Of a stretch of DNA of 20,408 bases, positions 8,016-16,300 are shown piece by piece. The translations under genes were made by a program, and so were the position numbers. This stretch comes from Candidatus Sericytochromatia bacterium (GTDB lineage Bacteria > Cyanobacteriota > Sericytochromatia > S15B-MN24 > JAQBPE01). Numbering within the stretch: position 1 is the stretch's first letter; the number at the start of each line of letters is the position of its first letter. The stretch lies in the NCBI GenBank assembly GCA_035285125.1, contig JAYKHR010000127.1, positions 1 through 20,408 of the forward strand, read 5' to 3'. The notes beneath the pieces are model-generated. The model worked only from the letters and a program-made list of their open reading frames with translations. It made no database searches and was not told the DNA's origin.

Positions 8016-9380
8016 TCACGCCCCCGCGATCGCCAGCCCCGCGATGCGCACGCTCGGCGCCCCCATGTTGCCCGCGAACACGTGGAACTCGAGGTCGTTG
8101 CCCAGCGCCTCGACGCCCGCGAGCATCTCGACGAAGTTGCCGGCCACCGTGACGTTGCTGACGGCGTGCTGCTCGACGCCGTCCACGTAGAGCCAGCCCT
8201 GGCACTGCAGCGAGAAGTCGCCGCTGATGGCGTTGGTGCCCGCATGCAGGCCCTGCAGGTCGTCGATCACAACCACGGGGCCCGGGCCCGCGACGAGGGC
8301 CTCGAAGGGCTGGTCGCCCGGCTGCAGGTACATGTTGGTCGGCGCCACGCCGAGCGTGCCCTTGTAGCCGCCGCGGCAGGCGTGCCCCGTCGAGGCCACG
8401 CCCATCTGGCGGGCCGTCTGGGCGTTGTGCAGGAAGGTCCGGAAGACGCCCTGCTCGATGACGGCGCAGGTCCGGCTTGCCGTGCCCTCGTCGTCGAACG
8501 GCCGCGAGCCGAAGGCATCGGCGCGCAGCGGGTCGTCGAGCAGCGTCACGCGGGCGGCGGCCACGGCCTCGCCGAGGCGCCCGGCGAGCAGGCTCTTGCC
8601 CTCGTGCGCCGCCTTGGCCGAGAACACGTCGCTGAAGGCCGACAGCATGTCGCTCATGGCGCGGGAGGTGAAGACCACCGGGTAGCGGCCGGAGGCCAGC
8701 GACCGCGCGCCGAGCCGGCGGCAGGCCTGGCCGACGGCCTCGCGGGCGACGGCCTCGAAGTCGAGGGTGTCGAAGCGCCGCGTCAGCTGGATGTGGGTGG
8801 CCGTGCGGTTCTCACCATCCTGCGACACGAGCGGGTACACCACGGCATAGGCCTGGTTGCTGCGGCAGTGGCGGTCGAGCCCCCGCGTGCTCGCCACGCG
8901 CACCACGCTGGTCGCGTCGGCATAGACGCAGCCGGGCACGGCCTTGACGCGGGCGTCGCAGGCGCGGGCCATGGCCTCCGCCTGCAGGATGCCCGCCACC
9001 TTGGCCTCGAGCGCCACGCCCTCGAGCGAGGCGTCGTAGAGCCCCGGCAGCGACGGCGCCTCCGCGGCCTCCGTGACGAGGCCCACGCCGGGCTCGCCCG
9101 CCACGAGGGTGGCGTTCTCGGCGGCCTCGGCCAGCATGCGGTCCAGGGCCTCGGGCGTCAGGTTCTCGCTGTAGGCGTAGCCCACGCGATCGCCCTCCAC
9201 GACACGCACGCCGATGCCCACGGAGTGCGAGCGCTGGAAGGCCTCGAGCACGCCCTGGTTGGCCCGCAGCGTCAGCGCCTCGTCGCGGCGCGCGTAAAGC
9301 TCCACGTCGGCGAGGCCGCGGGCCTCGGCGAGGCCGAGCAGGTGCCGGATCTCGGCATCGAAGGGGGCGGCGGTGGACAT
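8016..9380 (-). CDS. pmbA: TldE/PmbA family protein (non-catalytic partner of TldD)
   Basis: ATG 9380 after GGGAG. Motifs 'GIGVRVVEGDRVGYAYS', 'SGRYPVVF', 'SRPFDDEG', 'GLHAGTNAISGDFSL', 'TVAGNF', 'APSVRI'. No HExxxH; lies directly downstream of tldD. Confidence 0.92.
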   Translation of the reverse strand: MSTAAPFDAEIRHLLGLAEARGLADVELYARRDEALTLRANQGVLEAFQRSHSVGIGVRVVEGDRVGYAYSENLTPEALDRMLAEAAENATLVAGEPGVGLVTEAAEAPSLPGLYDASLEGVALEAKVAGILQAEAMARACDARVKAVPGCVYADATSVVRVASTRGLDRHCRSNQAYAVVYPLVSQDGENRTATHIQLTRRFDTLDFEAVAREAVGQACRRLGARSLASGRYPVVFTSRAMSDMLSAFSDVFSAKAAHEGKSLLAGRLGEAVAAARVTLLDDPLRADAFGSRPFDDEGTASRTCAVIEQGVFRTFLHNAQTARQMGVASTGHACRGGYKGTLGVAPTNMYLQPGDQPFEALVAGPGPVVVIDDLQGLHAGTNAISGDFSLQCQGWLYVDGVEQHAVSNVTVAGNFVEMLAGVEALGNDLEFHVFAGNMGAPSVRIAGLAIAGA

Positions 9381-9412
9381 GGCAACGGCTCCCGAGTGGG
9401 TGGGGGTGGGGT

Positions 9413-10825
9413 TCACTTGCGGCCTCCGACGACGATCTCGCTGACCTTGATGGCGGGCTGGCCGACGTTGGTGGGGATCGAGCCCGAGATGGAGCCGCAG
9501 CGGCCGGCCGCCATGGCGAAGTTGTCGCCCACCATCACGATCTTCTGCAGGATGTCGGCGCCGTTGCCGACCAGCGTCGCGCCCCGCACGGGCTCGGCGA
9601 TGCGGCCGTCGCGGATCATGTAGCCCTCGAGCACGGCGAAGTTGAAGTCGCCCGTGGCCGGCGAGACCGAGCCGCCGCCCATCTTCTTGGCGTAGAGCCC
9701 GTAGTCGATCGAGCCGATCATGTCGTAGATGGTGTCGTTGCCGGGCGCGATGAAGGTGTTGCGCATGCGGCTCGTCGGCGCGAAGCGGTAGCTCTGCCGG
9801 CGCCCGGAGCCCGTCGGCGCGTAGCCGGTCTTGCGGCCGCCGACGCGGTCGACCATGTAGCTCTTGAGGATGCCCTGCTCGATCAGCACCGTGCGCTGCG
9901 TGGGCAGGCCCTCGTCGTCGACGGCAAGCGAGCCCCACTCGCCGTCCATCGTGCCGTCGTCGACAGCCGTGACGCACGGGTGGGCGATCTGCTCCCCGAG
10001 GCGGCCCGTGAAGATGCTGGCCCCCTTCGCGACGGAGGTGGTCTCGAGCAGGTGGCCGCAAGCCTCGTGGAAGATCACGCCGCCGAAGGCGTTCTCGATG
10101 ACCACGGGCATCCTGCCGGAGGGCGCGTAGTCCGCCTGCAGCATCGTGACGGCCGTGTGCGCCGCCGAGCGGGCCAGCGTCTCGACGTCGAGCGCCTCGA
10201 CCCACTCCCAGCCCGCCAGCGCGCCCGGCGTCTCGCGGCCGCTCTGCTTCTCGTCGCCCTTGCTCGCGATCGCGTTGATCATCAGCCGCACGTAGGGCCG
10301 CTCGTCAGAGAGCCAGAGCCCCTCGGAGTTCGCGATGAAGACGCGCTGGTCTTCCTCGGCCAGCGTGGCCTCGACCTGCGTGATCTCCTCGGCGGCGGCC
10401 CGCGCGGCCGCGTCGGCGCGGCGGAGCACCGCCACCTTGGTGGCCTTGGGCACCTCGTCGATCAGCACCGCCCCCTTGTGGCGGGGCGTAACCTCGACGG
10501 GCCGCCAGGCGGCCCGGGCGTGGCGCTCTGGGCCGGTCTGCGCCGCGGCCACCTGGCCGGCGATGGCGAGCAGCCCCTCCAGGCTCAGGTCGCTGGTGTA
10601 GGCATAGACCGCCTCGGTGCCGTACAGCACCCGCACCCCCGCGCCGAAGTCGCGCCCGGACAGGCAGGAAGCCACCCGGCCGTCGAGCAGCTGGATGGTG
10701 CCGTAGGCCTTGTCCTCGGCGAAGATCTCGGCGAAGTCCGCGCCGTTCGCGAGCGCCCGGTCCAGCACCCGCTCGACGAGCTCCTGCTCGAGCTCGAAAG
10801 GCGCGCGCTTTGTCATCTGCGTCAT
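9413..10825 (-). CDS. tldD: TldD family metalloprotease
   Basis: ATG 10825 lies 7 nt after GGAGG. Motifs 'GADFAEIFAE', HEACGH (HExxxH), 'DDEG', 'GSGRRQSY', 'SRMRNTFI', and C-terminal 'GRCGS...VGQP...VGG' with the Cys ligand. Confidence 0.95.
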   Translation of the reverse strand: MTQMTKRAPFELEQELVERVLDRALANGADFAEIFAEDKAYGTIQLLDGRVASCLSGRDFGAGVRVLYGTEAVYAYTSDLSLEGLLAIAGQVAAAQTGPERHARAAWRPVEVTPRHKGAVLIDEVPKATKVAVLRRADAAARAAAEEITQVEATLAEEDQRVFIANSEGLWLSDERPYVRLMINAIASKGDEKQSGRETPGALAGWEWVEALDVETLARSAAHTAVTMLQADYAPSGRMPVVIENAFGGVIFHEACGHLLETTSVAKGASIFTGRLGEQIAHPCVTAVDDGTMDGEWGSLAVDDEGLPTQRTVLIEQGILKSYMVDRVGGRKTGYAPTGSGRRQSYRFAPTSRMRNTFIAPGNDTIYDMIGSIDYGLYAKKMGGGSVSPATGDFNFAVLEGYMIRDGRIAEPVRGATLVGNGADILQKIVMVGDNFAMAAGRCGSISGSIPTNVGQPAIKVSEIVVGGRK

Positions 10826-10867
10826 GGCCATGCCTCCAGGCCCCGTCCTCGGGGCGTCACCGGGGCC

Positions 10868-10876
10868 ATGATACCA
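10868..10876 (-). promoter_or_regulatory. Putative extended -10 promoter element for tldD-pmbA
   Basis: Minus strand TGGTATCAT (TGn-TATCAT) about 43 nt upstream of the tldD start; no well-spaced -35. Confidence 0.5.
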
Positions 10877-10952
10877 CCCGCGACGGGGGCCCGGCGCCTC
10901 ACCGCGACGGTCAAAGGCGCCCGGCCAGCATCGCCAGCCGTGACCGCCGCGG

Positions 10953-11339
10953 TCAGCGCACGGTGAAGAGGTACTCGGCCGGCCGGCTCTCGGCGCCATG
11001 CGTGACGGTGCAGCGCACGACGACGCGGCCGCTGCCACCCGCCGTCCACCGCACGCGGGCCCCCGAGGTGGCCGACAAGGCTCCCGCCGTTGCGCTCCAG
11101 GCGAAGCGGAGGTCGCGCTCCGGCACGTTGGTCTCGACCCACAGCGTGATGACCTCCCCCGTCGCCACGGTGGCCTTCTCGGGGTCGAGGTTGGTCTTCA
11201 CGTAGGCCAGGGTGCCGCTCGCTGCGCCAGCCGCCACGCCCGTGAGCGTATCGAGCGGCAGGGCGCAGCCCGTGAGCGGCAAGGCCGCGAGCGCCAGCCC
11301 GATCAGGCACCGGGTGGAACGGTCAACGACGATCGACAT
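10953..11339 (-). CDS. Small lipoprotein with PKD/Ig-like beta-sandwich (128 aa)
   Basis: ATG 11339 after GGAGGG; lipobox LTG-C; beta-strand pattern 'LRFAWSATAGALS...VRWTA...VVVRCTVT'. Confidence 0.8.
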   Translation of the reverse strand: MSIVVDRSTRCLIGLALAALPLTGCALPLDTLTGVAAGAASGTLAYVKTNLDPEKATVATGEVITLWVETNVPERDLRFAWSATAGALSATSGARVRWTAGGSGRVVVRCTVTHGAESRPAEYLFTVR

Positions 11340-11415
11340 GGTGGCAACACCCTCCACCGCAAGCGTAAGCCCCGGTGGGGGGGAGACGCAACCAGCCGCG
11401 CGGCCTTGCCGTCGG

Positions 11416-11444
11416 TTGCGGTTAACTCCGGGCTGTGATAGGCT
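11416..11444 (+). promoter_or_regulatory. Putative sigma70-type promoter of the rpsF operon
   Basis: TTGCGG (11416-11421), 17-nt spacer, TAGGCT (11439-11444), with extended TG at 11436-11437. Confidence 0.6.
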
Positions 11445-11517
11445 GAAATGCTGGCCCAACGGCGCTTTCTGGAGCCGACAGCCTGCCGCGGACGCCGCAC
11501 CCCGGCCCCGCGATGCA

Positions 11518-11576
11518 TCCCTGTTCCCCCGCCCAAGGGGGAACCATCTCACCGATGTCCGGAGGGACCCCACGTG
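11518..11576 (+). promoter_or_regulatory. Putative S6:S18 ribosomal protein leader (cis-regulatory RNA)
   Basis: TCCCT (11518-11522) can pair with AGGGA overlapping the SD (11563-11567). It encloses the hairpin GTTCCCCC-gcccaa-GGGGGAAC and an unpaired strand with CCA/CCG, directly before rpsF. Confidence 0.6.
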
Positions 11577-11864
11577 GTTCGCAATTACGAAACGATGTAC
11601 ATCGTGAAGCCGACGCTCGACGAGGACTCGATCGACGTCGTCGTCAAGAAGGTCGAGGATCAGATCGGCTCGCTCGGCACCCTGGAGAAGACCGAGAAGC
11701 GCGGCCGCAAGCGCCTCGCCTACGAGGTCAAGGATTTCAAGGACGGGTTCTACGTCCTGACCAACTTCCAGGCCGACCCTGGCCAAATCAAGGAGCTCGA
11801 CCGCCTGTTCAAGCTGAACGACGACGTGATCCGTCACATGATCGTTCGGCTCGAAGAGGCCTGA
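11574..11864 (+). CDS. rpsF: 30S ribosomal protein S6
   Basis: GTG 11574 after GGAGGG; 'RNYETMYIVKP...GRKRLAYEV...GFYVL...IKELDRLFKLNDDVIRHMIVR'. Confidence 0.97.
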   Translation: MVRNYETMYIVKPTLDEDSIDVVVKKVEDQIGSLGTLEKTEKRGRKRLAYEVKDFKDGFYVLTNFQADPGQIKELDRLFKLNDDVIRHMIVRLEEA

Positions 11865-11911
11865 TCGCTCCGGCGGTCTGCCCTTCCGATTCAGCCGAGG
11901 CGTCCGAACAT

Positions 11912-12427
11912 ATGGGCATCAACCACATCAGCTTGCTGGGCACCGTCTCCCGCGCACCCGAGTTCCGGATGACGCAGGCGGGGATCGCCAACCTGTCCTT
12001 CACGGTGCAGGTCCAGCGACCCTCGCGTGCCGACGGCACGCCGGGGGCCTCCGACTACATCCGGGTCACGGCCTGGCGGGGGCTCGCGGAGCGGCTCAAG
12101 GAAACGCTGCAGCTCGACACCCTCGTGGTGATCGAGGGGCGGCTGACGTCCCGCTCTTACGAGACGCAGGACGGCCAGCGCCGCAAGGTGGTGGAGGTGG
12201 AGGCGACGTCCGCGTCGCTCGTCGGGGCTGCCGCCCCGGCCGCAGCACCCGCGCGGCCGGCCTCGCGGGAGCCTGATGGCCCCATCTACGACGACGACTT
12301 CGCCGATCTGGAGGCCGCAGGCCCCGCCCCGGCCGCGGCCCGGCCCCAGGGACAGCGCCAGGCGCCCCCGCGCCCCCAGCCTGCCCCAGCCGCCGCGCCG
12401 GACTTCGACGACGAGATTCCCTTCTAG
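11912..12427 (+). CDS. ssb: Single-stranded DNA-binding protein
   Basis: ATG 11912; OB-fold motifs 'INHISLLG', 'VTAWRGLAE', 'VVIEGRLTSRSYETQDGQRR'; acidic tail DFDDEIPF; canonical position between rpsF and rpsR. Confidence 0.96.
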   Translation: MGINHISLLGTVSRAPEFRMTQAGIANLSFTVQVQRPSRADGTPGASDYIRVTAWRGLAERLKETLQLDTLVVIEGRLTSRSYETQDGQRRKVVEVEATSASLVGAAAPAAAPARPASREPDGPIYDDDFADLEAAGPAPAAARPQGQRQAPPRPQPAPAAAPDFDDEIPF

Positions 12428-12473
12428 AGCGCGGGTACATCCCGCCTCGCAACACGACAAGAGGTAAAGAACC

Positions 12474-12713
12474 ATGGCCAAGGGTGGCAAGGGCGGCGGT
12501 CGCATGAAGCGTCGCAAGGTGTGCACGTTCTGCGTCGACAAGGTGGTCTTCATCGACTACAAGGACACCGTGCGCCTCAAGAAGTACATCTCCGAGCGCG
12601 GCAAGATCCTGCCCCGCCGGGTGACGGGCAGCTGCGCCAAGCACCAGCGGGCGCTCACGGACGCCACCAAGCGCGCCCGCGAGATCGCCCTGATGCCTTA
12701 CGTCATCGAGTGA
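12474..12713 (+). CDS. rpsR: 30S ribosomal protein S18 (zinc-binding C+ type)
   Basis: 'RRKVCTFC...IDYKD...[22 protein letters not shown]'; GAGGT SD. Confidence 0.98.
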   Translation: MAKGGKGGGRMKRRKVCTFCVDKVVFIDYKDTVRLKKYISERGKILPRRVTGSCAKHQRALTDATKRAREIALMPYVIE

Positions 12714-12719
12714 CCTCCC

Positions 12720-12755
12720 GGCGTCCTGCCCCCGCGGGCAGGACGCCTTCCCTTT
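12720..12755 (+). terminator. Putative intrinsic terminator (weak U-tract) between rpsR and pheS
   Basis: Perfect 12-bp stem GGCGTCCTGCCC-ccgc-GGGCAGGACGCC followed by TTCCCTTT. Confidence 0.65.
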
Positions 12756-12783
12756 GGGCCCGCCGCAGGAGACGCCACGCCCC

Positions 12784-13809
12784 ATGAACCCCACCATGCT
12801 CGAGCAAGTCATCCAGGAGGCGGAGCAGGCCCTCGCCGCCGCGGCCGATGTGTCGGCGCTGGAGGCCTGGCACCTGCGCTACTTCAGCAAGGAGCGGGGC
12901 GAGATCCCCGAGCTGCTGCGGCGCATCCCCCAGCTGCCCCCCGCCGAGCGGAGCACCGTGGGCAAGGCGCTGCACCAGGGCAAGCAGGCCCTCGAAGCGG
13001 CCTACGACCGGCGCCATGCCGAGCTGACGGCGGCGGCCCTCGACGCCCAGCTCGCGGCTGAGCGCCTCGACGTGACGCTGCCGGCCCGGCGGCTCGCCAC
13101 GGGGCACGTCCACCCGGTCATGGCCGTCAAGGACGAGCTCATCAGCATCTTCGAGCACTTCGGCTTTACCTTGGCCGAGGGCCCCGAAATCGAGGACGAC
13201 TGGCACAACTTCACGGCGCTGAACACGCCTGCCGACCACCCCGCGCGCGACGCGCAGGACACCTTCTACCTGCCGGGCGGCATGCTGCTGCGGACGCACA
13301 CGTCCTCGGTGCAGGTCCGCGCGATGATGAGCCAGCAGCCCCCGCTGCGGCTGATCATGCCGGGCCGGGTCTACCGGCGGGACGAGGTCACCAAGCGCCA
13401 CTACCCGATCTTCCACCAGCTCGAGGGCCTGATGGTGGGCCCCGGCGTCCACATGGGTCACCTGAAGGGGCTGCTGACGACGATGCTGCGGGAGCTGTTC
13501 GGGCGCGACCTCGCCGTGCGGCTGCGGCCGAGCTTCTTCCCGTTCACCGAGCCCTCCGCCGAGGCCGACGTCCAGTGCGCCTTCTGCGCAGGCAGTGGCT
13601 GCAGCACCTGCTCCCAGAGCGGCTGGATCGAGCTGTGCGGGGCCGGCTTGGTCGACCCCAACGTGCTGTCGGCCGTGGGCCACGACCCCAAGGCCGTCAC
13701 CGGCCTGGCCTTCGGCCTCGGCATCGACCGCGTGGCGATGCTGCGCTACGGCTTCAACGACATCCGCCACCTCTGGGAAAACGACGCGCGCTTCCTGCAG
13801 CAGTTCTGA
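12784..13809 (+). CDS. pheS: Phenylalanine-tRNA ligase alpha subunit
   Basis: 'GHVHPV', 'NFTALNTPADHPARDAQDTFY', 'LRTHTS', 'GRVYRRD', 'FHQLEG', 'RPSFFPFTEPSAE', 'GLAFGLGIDRVAML'; CxxC-x4-CxxC insert. ATG 12784 follows AGGAG. Confidence 0.98.
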   Translation: MNPTMLEQVIQEAEQALAAAADVSALEAWHLRYFSKERGEIPELLRRIPQLPPAERSTVGKALHQGKQALEAAYDRRHAELTAAALDAQLAAERLDVTLPARRLATGHVHPVMAVKDELISIFEHFGFTLAEGPEIEDDWHNFTALNTPADHPARDAQDTFYLPGGMLLRTHTSSVQVRAMMSQQPPLRLIMPGRVYRRDEVTKRHYPIFHQLEGLMVGPGVHMGHLKGLLTTMLRELFGRDLAVRLRPSFFPFTEPSAEADVQCAFCAGSGCSTCSQSGWIELCGAGLVDPNVLSAVGHDPKAVTGLAFGLGIDRVAMLRYGFNDIRHLWENDARFLQQF

Positions 13810-13852
13810 CGCCCGGGCGCCCCGCCCTGACCGACGCGAGGTACAGTCTCCC

Positions 13853-16282
13853 ATGCGCATCCCTCTCTCCTGGCTCAACGAGCTGCTCTCCGCCCCGCTC
13901 GCGCCTGAGGCGGTGCGGGACACGCTGCTGCGCGTGGGGCTGGAGGTCGAGTCCCTCGAGCACACCGCGCCCGGGCTCGAGACCGTCGTCGTGGGCCAGA
14001 TCGTGGCGATCGAGCGGCACCCGAACGCCGACAAGCTGCGCGTCTGCCAGACGGACGTCGGCGAGGGCACGCCGCTGCAGATCGTGACGGGCGCGACCAA
14101 CGTCGAGCTGCACGACCTGATCCCCGTGGCCCGGGTGGGCTCGAACCTGCCGGGCGACAAGCGCATCGAGGCCGCCAAGCTGCGCGGGGTGGAGTCCTTC
14201 GGGATGTACTGCTCGCTCGCCGAGCTCGGCCTGCCGCCCGGCGAGGACGGGGTGCTCGTGCTGCCGCCCGACACGCCCATCGGCCTGCCCATCGCCGCCG
14301 CGATGAAGCTCGGCGAGCCCGTGCTGGAGCTGGCCATCACCGCCAACCGGCCCGACCTGCTCTGCGTCGAGGGCGTGGCCCGCGAGCTGGCCGTGGGCAC
14401 GCCAGGCATCAGCTTCAACCGCCCGGAGATGCCCCTGATGGCCCAGGGCCCCGCGGCAGGCATCACGCTCGGCACCGTCGACGCCGACCGCTGCCCCATC
14501 TACCGCGGCCTGACGCTGCGCGGCGTGAAGGTGGGCCCCTCGCCCGAGTGGCTGGTGGAGCGGCTCGTCAGCTGCGGCCTGCGCAGCATCAACAACGTGG
14601 TGGATGCCACCAACTACGTCATGCTGCTGACGGGCCAGCCCACCCACGCGTTCGACGCGGGCCGCATCGCCGGCGGCCAGCTCACGGTGCGCCCGGCCGC
14701 GAGCGGCGAGACGCTGGAGACCCTCGACGGCGTCAAGCGCCAGCTCGTGGCGGAGGACCTCGTCATCGCCGACGCCGAGCGCGCCCTGGTGGTGGCTGGC
14801 GTGATGGGCGGGCGAGACGCCGAGGTGGGCGAGCAAACCACCGACGTGTTCCTCGAGTGCGCCTGCTTCGAGCCCTCGGGCGTGCGCCGCACGGCGCGCC
14901 GGCTGGGCCTCTCCACCGACTCCTCTTACCGCTTCGAGCGCGGCACGGACCCGGACGGCACGACGCGCGCCCTGGCCCTGCTCGTGGACCTCGTGATGAA
15001 GGTCGCGGGCGGCACGCCCGACGGCGGCCCGGTCGAGGCGCAGGCCGCCGGGTTCCCCCAGCCCCGCACCTTCGCGTTTCACCTCGACGCCATCGAGCGG
15101 CTGCTCGGCCTTGCGGTGCCGAACCCGGAGGTCGAGCGCATCCTGAAGGGCCTCGGGTTCCTGCTCGCCCGCCACACGGACGGCGTCTTCGAGCTGAACT
15201 CCTACGACGTCGTGGCGCCCGGCTGGCGCTGGCACGACACCACGCGCGAGGTGGACCTCGTGGAGGAGGTCGCCAGGCACTGGGGCTACGACCGCATCCC
15301 CTGCGTGCTCCCGGAAGCCCAGCCGCGGCCCGTGCAGCCTCCTTCGGTGGCGCTCGAGCGCCGCGCCCGGGCGATCGCCACGGCGCTGGGCCTCACGGAG
15401 GTGATGACCCGCTCGCTCACGACGGCCGAGGCGGAGGCGCTGGCTGGCGTGAAGGGCACGGACCACGTGCTGCTGTCCGACCCCCTCAAGGAGATGGCGG
15501 CGATGCGGACCTCGCTGCTGCCGAGCCTGCTCGAGGTGCTGCGCTACAACCGCTACCAGGGCTGCAGCCAGCTCGGCGTGTTCGAGCTGGGGCGCACCTA
15601 CCACCGCCAGGCGGACGGCTCGCACCGCGAGCGCCGCTGGCTGGGGGCAGCCCTGATGGGCTCGCTGTGGAGCGGTCTCTGGCTGCCGGAGCACGTGCCT
15701 GCGCCCCTGGCCGCCGACTTCGCCTACGCCAAGGGCCTGCTCGAGGCCGTGGTGCAGCGGCTCGAGGTCGAGGGCGCCGTGACGCTGGTGCCCGCCGACG
15801 ACGTCGCGGGGCTGCACCCGGGGCGGACGGCGCGCGTGCATATCGGGGGGCGCGAGGTGGGCGTCCTCGGCGAGCTTCACCCGCGCGTGGCGCAAGACTA
15901 CGACCTGCCTGCAGGGCAGCCCGCCGCGGCCTTCCTGCTGGACCTCGACGCGCTGGCCGAGCAGCCGGCGCCCCCCCGCCGGTTCCGCATGTTCTCCCGC
16001 CAGCCCGCGATGCTGCGAGACCTGGCCGTGGTCGTGCCCGCCACGCTCTCGGCCCAGGAGGCCCTCACGGCCATCCGCGAGGTGGGCGGGGCGCTGCTGG
16101 AGCGCATCACGATGTTCGACCGGTATGCGGGCCCCGGCATCCCCGACGGGCACGTGAGCCTGGGCTTCAGCCTGGCGTACCGCAGCGCGGACCGCACGCT
16201 CACCACCGCCGACGTCGACCCGGTGCATCAGGCCATCGTCGACCGGCTGCACACCAGCTTCGGCGCCGTCCTGCGCGCGTGA
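13853..16282 (+). CDS. pheT: Phenylalanine-tRNA ligase beta subunit
   Basis: ATG 13853 after GAGGT; 'HPNADKLRVC', 'KLRGVESFGMYCS', 'ITANRPD', 'SINNVVDATNY', 'SSYRFERG', 'DLVEEVAR', 'MRTSLLPSLL', C-terminal 'RDLAVVV...DRTLT'. Confidence 0.98.
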   Translation: MRIPLSWLNELLSAPLAPEAVRDTLLRVGLEVESLEHTAPGLETVVVGQIVAIERHPNADKLRVCQTDVGEGTPLQIVTGATNVELHDLIPVARVGSNLPGDKRIEAAKLRGVESFGMYCSLAELGLPPGEDGVLVLPPDTPIGLPIAAAMKLGEPVLELAITANRPDLLCVEGVARELAVGTPGISFNRPEMPLMAQGPAAGITLGTVDADRCPIYRGLTLRGVKVGPSPEWLVERLVSCGLRSINNVVDATNYVMLLTGQPTHAFDAGRIAGGQLTVRPAASGETLETLDGVKRQLVAEDLVIADAERALVVAGVMGGRDAEVGEQTTDVFLECACFEPSGVRRTARRLGLSTDSSYRFERGTDPDGTTRALALLVDLVMKVAGGTPDGGPVEAQAAGFPQPRTFAFHLDAIERLLGLAVPNPEVERILKGLGFLLARHTDGVFELNSYDVVAPGWRWHDTTREVDLVEEVARHWGYDRIPCVLPEAQPRPVQPPSVALERRARAIATALGLTEVMTRSLTTAEAEALAGVKGTDHVLLSDPLKEMAAMRTSLLPSLLEVLRYNRYQGCSQLGVFELGRTYHRQADGSHRERRWLGAALMGSLWSGLWLPEHVPAPLAADFAYAKGLLEAVVQRLEVEGAVTLVPADDVAGLHPGRTARVHIGGREVGVLGELHPRVAQDYDLPAGQPAAAFLLDLDALAEQPAPPRRFRMFSRQPAMLRDLAVVVPATLSAQEALTAIREVGGALLERITMFDRYAGPGIPDGHVSLGFSLAYRSADRTLTTADVDPVHQAIVDRLHTSFGAVLRA

Positions 16283-16300
16283 GGCCCTAGGAGACCCGCG

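Noticed and set aside
8016..10825. tldD-pmbA as part of a RiPP (microcin-like) cluster
   Set aside because: No precursor peptide, YcaO or other modifying enzyme, or transporter nearby; stand-alone tldD/pmbA pairs are widespread.
10878..10910. Direct repeat CCGCGACGG (two copies) upstream of the tldD promoter
   Set aside because: A 9-mer GC-rich repeat is plausible by chance at this composition, and nothing else supports it.
12714..12783. T-box or pheM-like attenuator upstream of pheS
   Set aside because: The gap is only 70 nt, with no T-box sequence and no Phe-rich leader peptide.
9381..13852. N-terminally extended or fused versions of PmbA, TldD, S6, SSB and PheT shown in the ORF track
   Set aside because: The extensions overlap neighbouring genes or leaders; SD-supported internal starts give normal family lengths.
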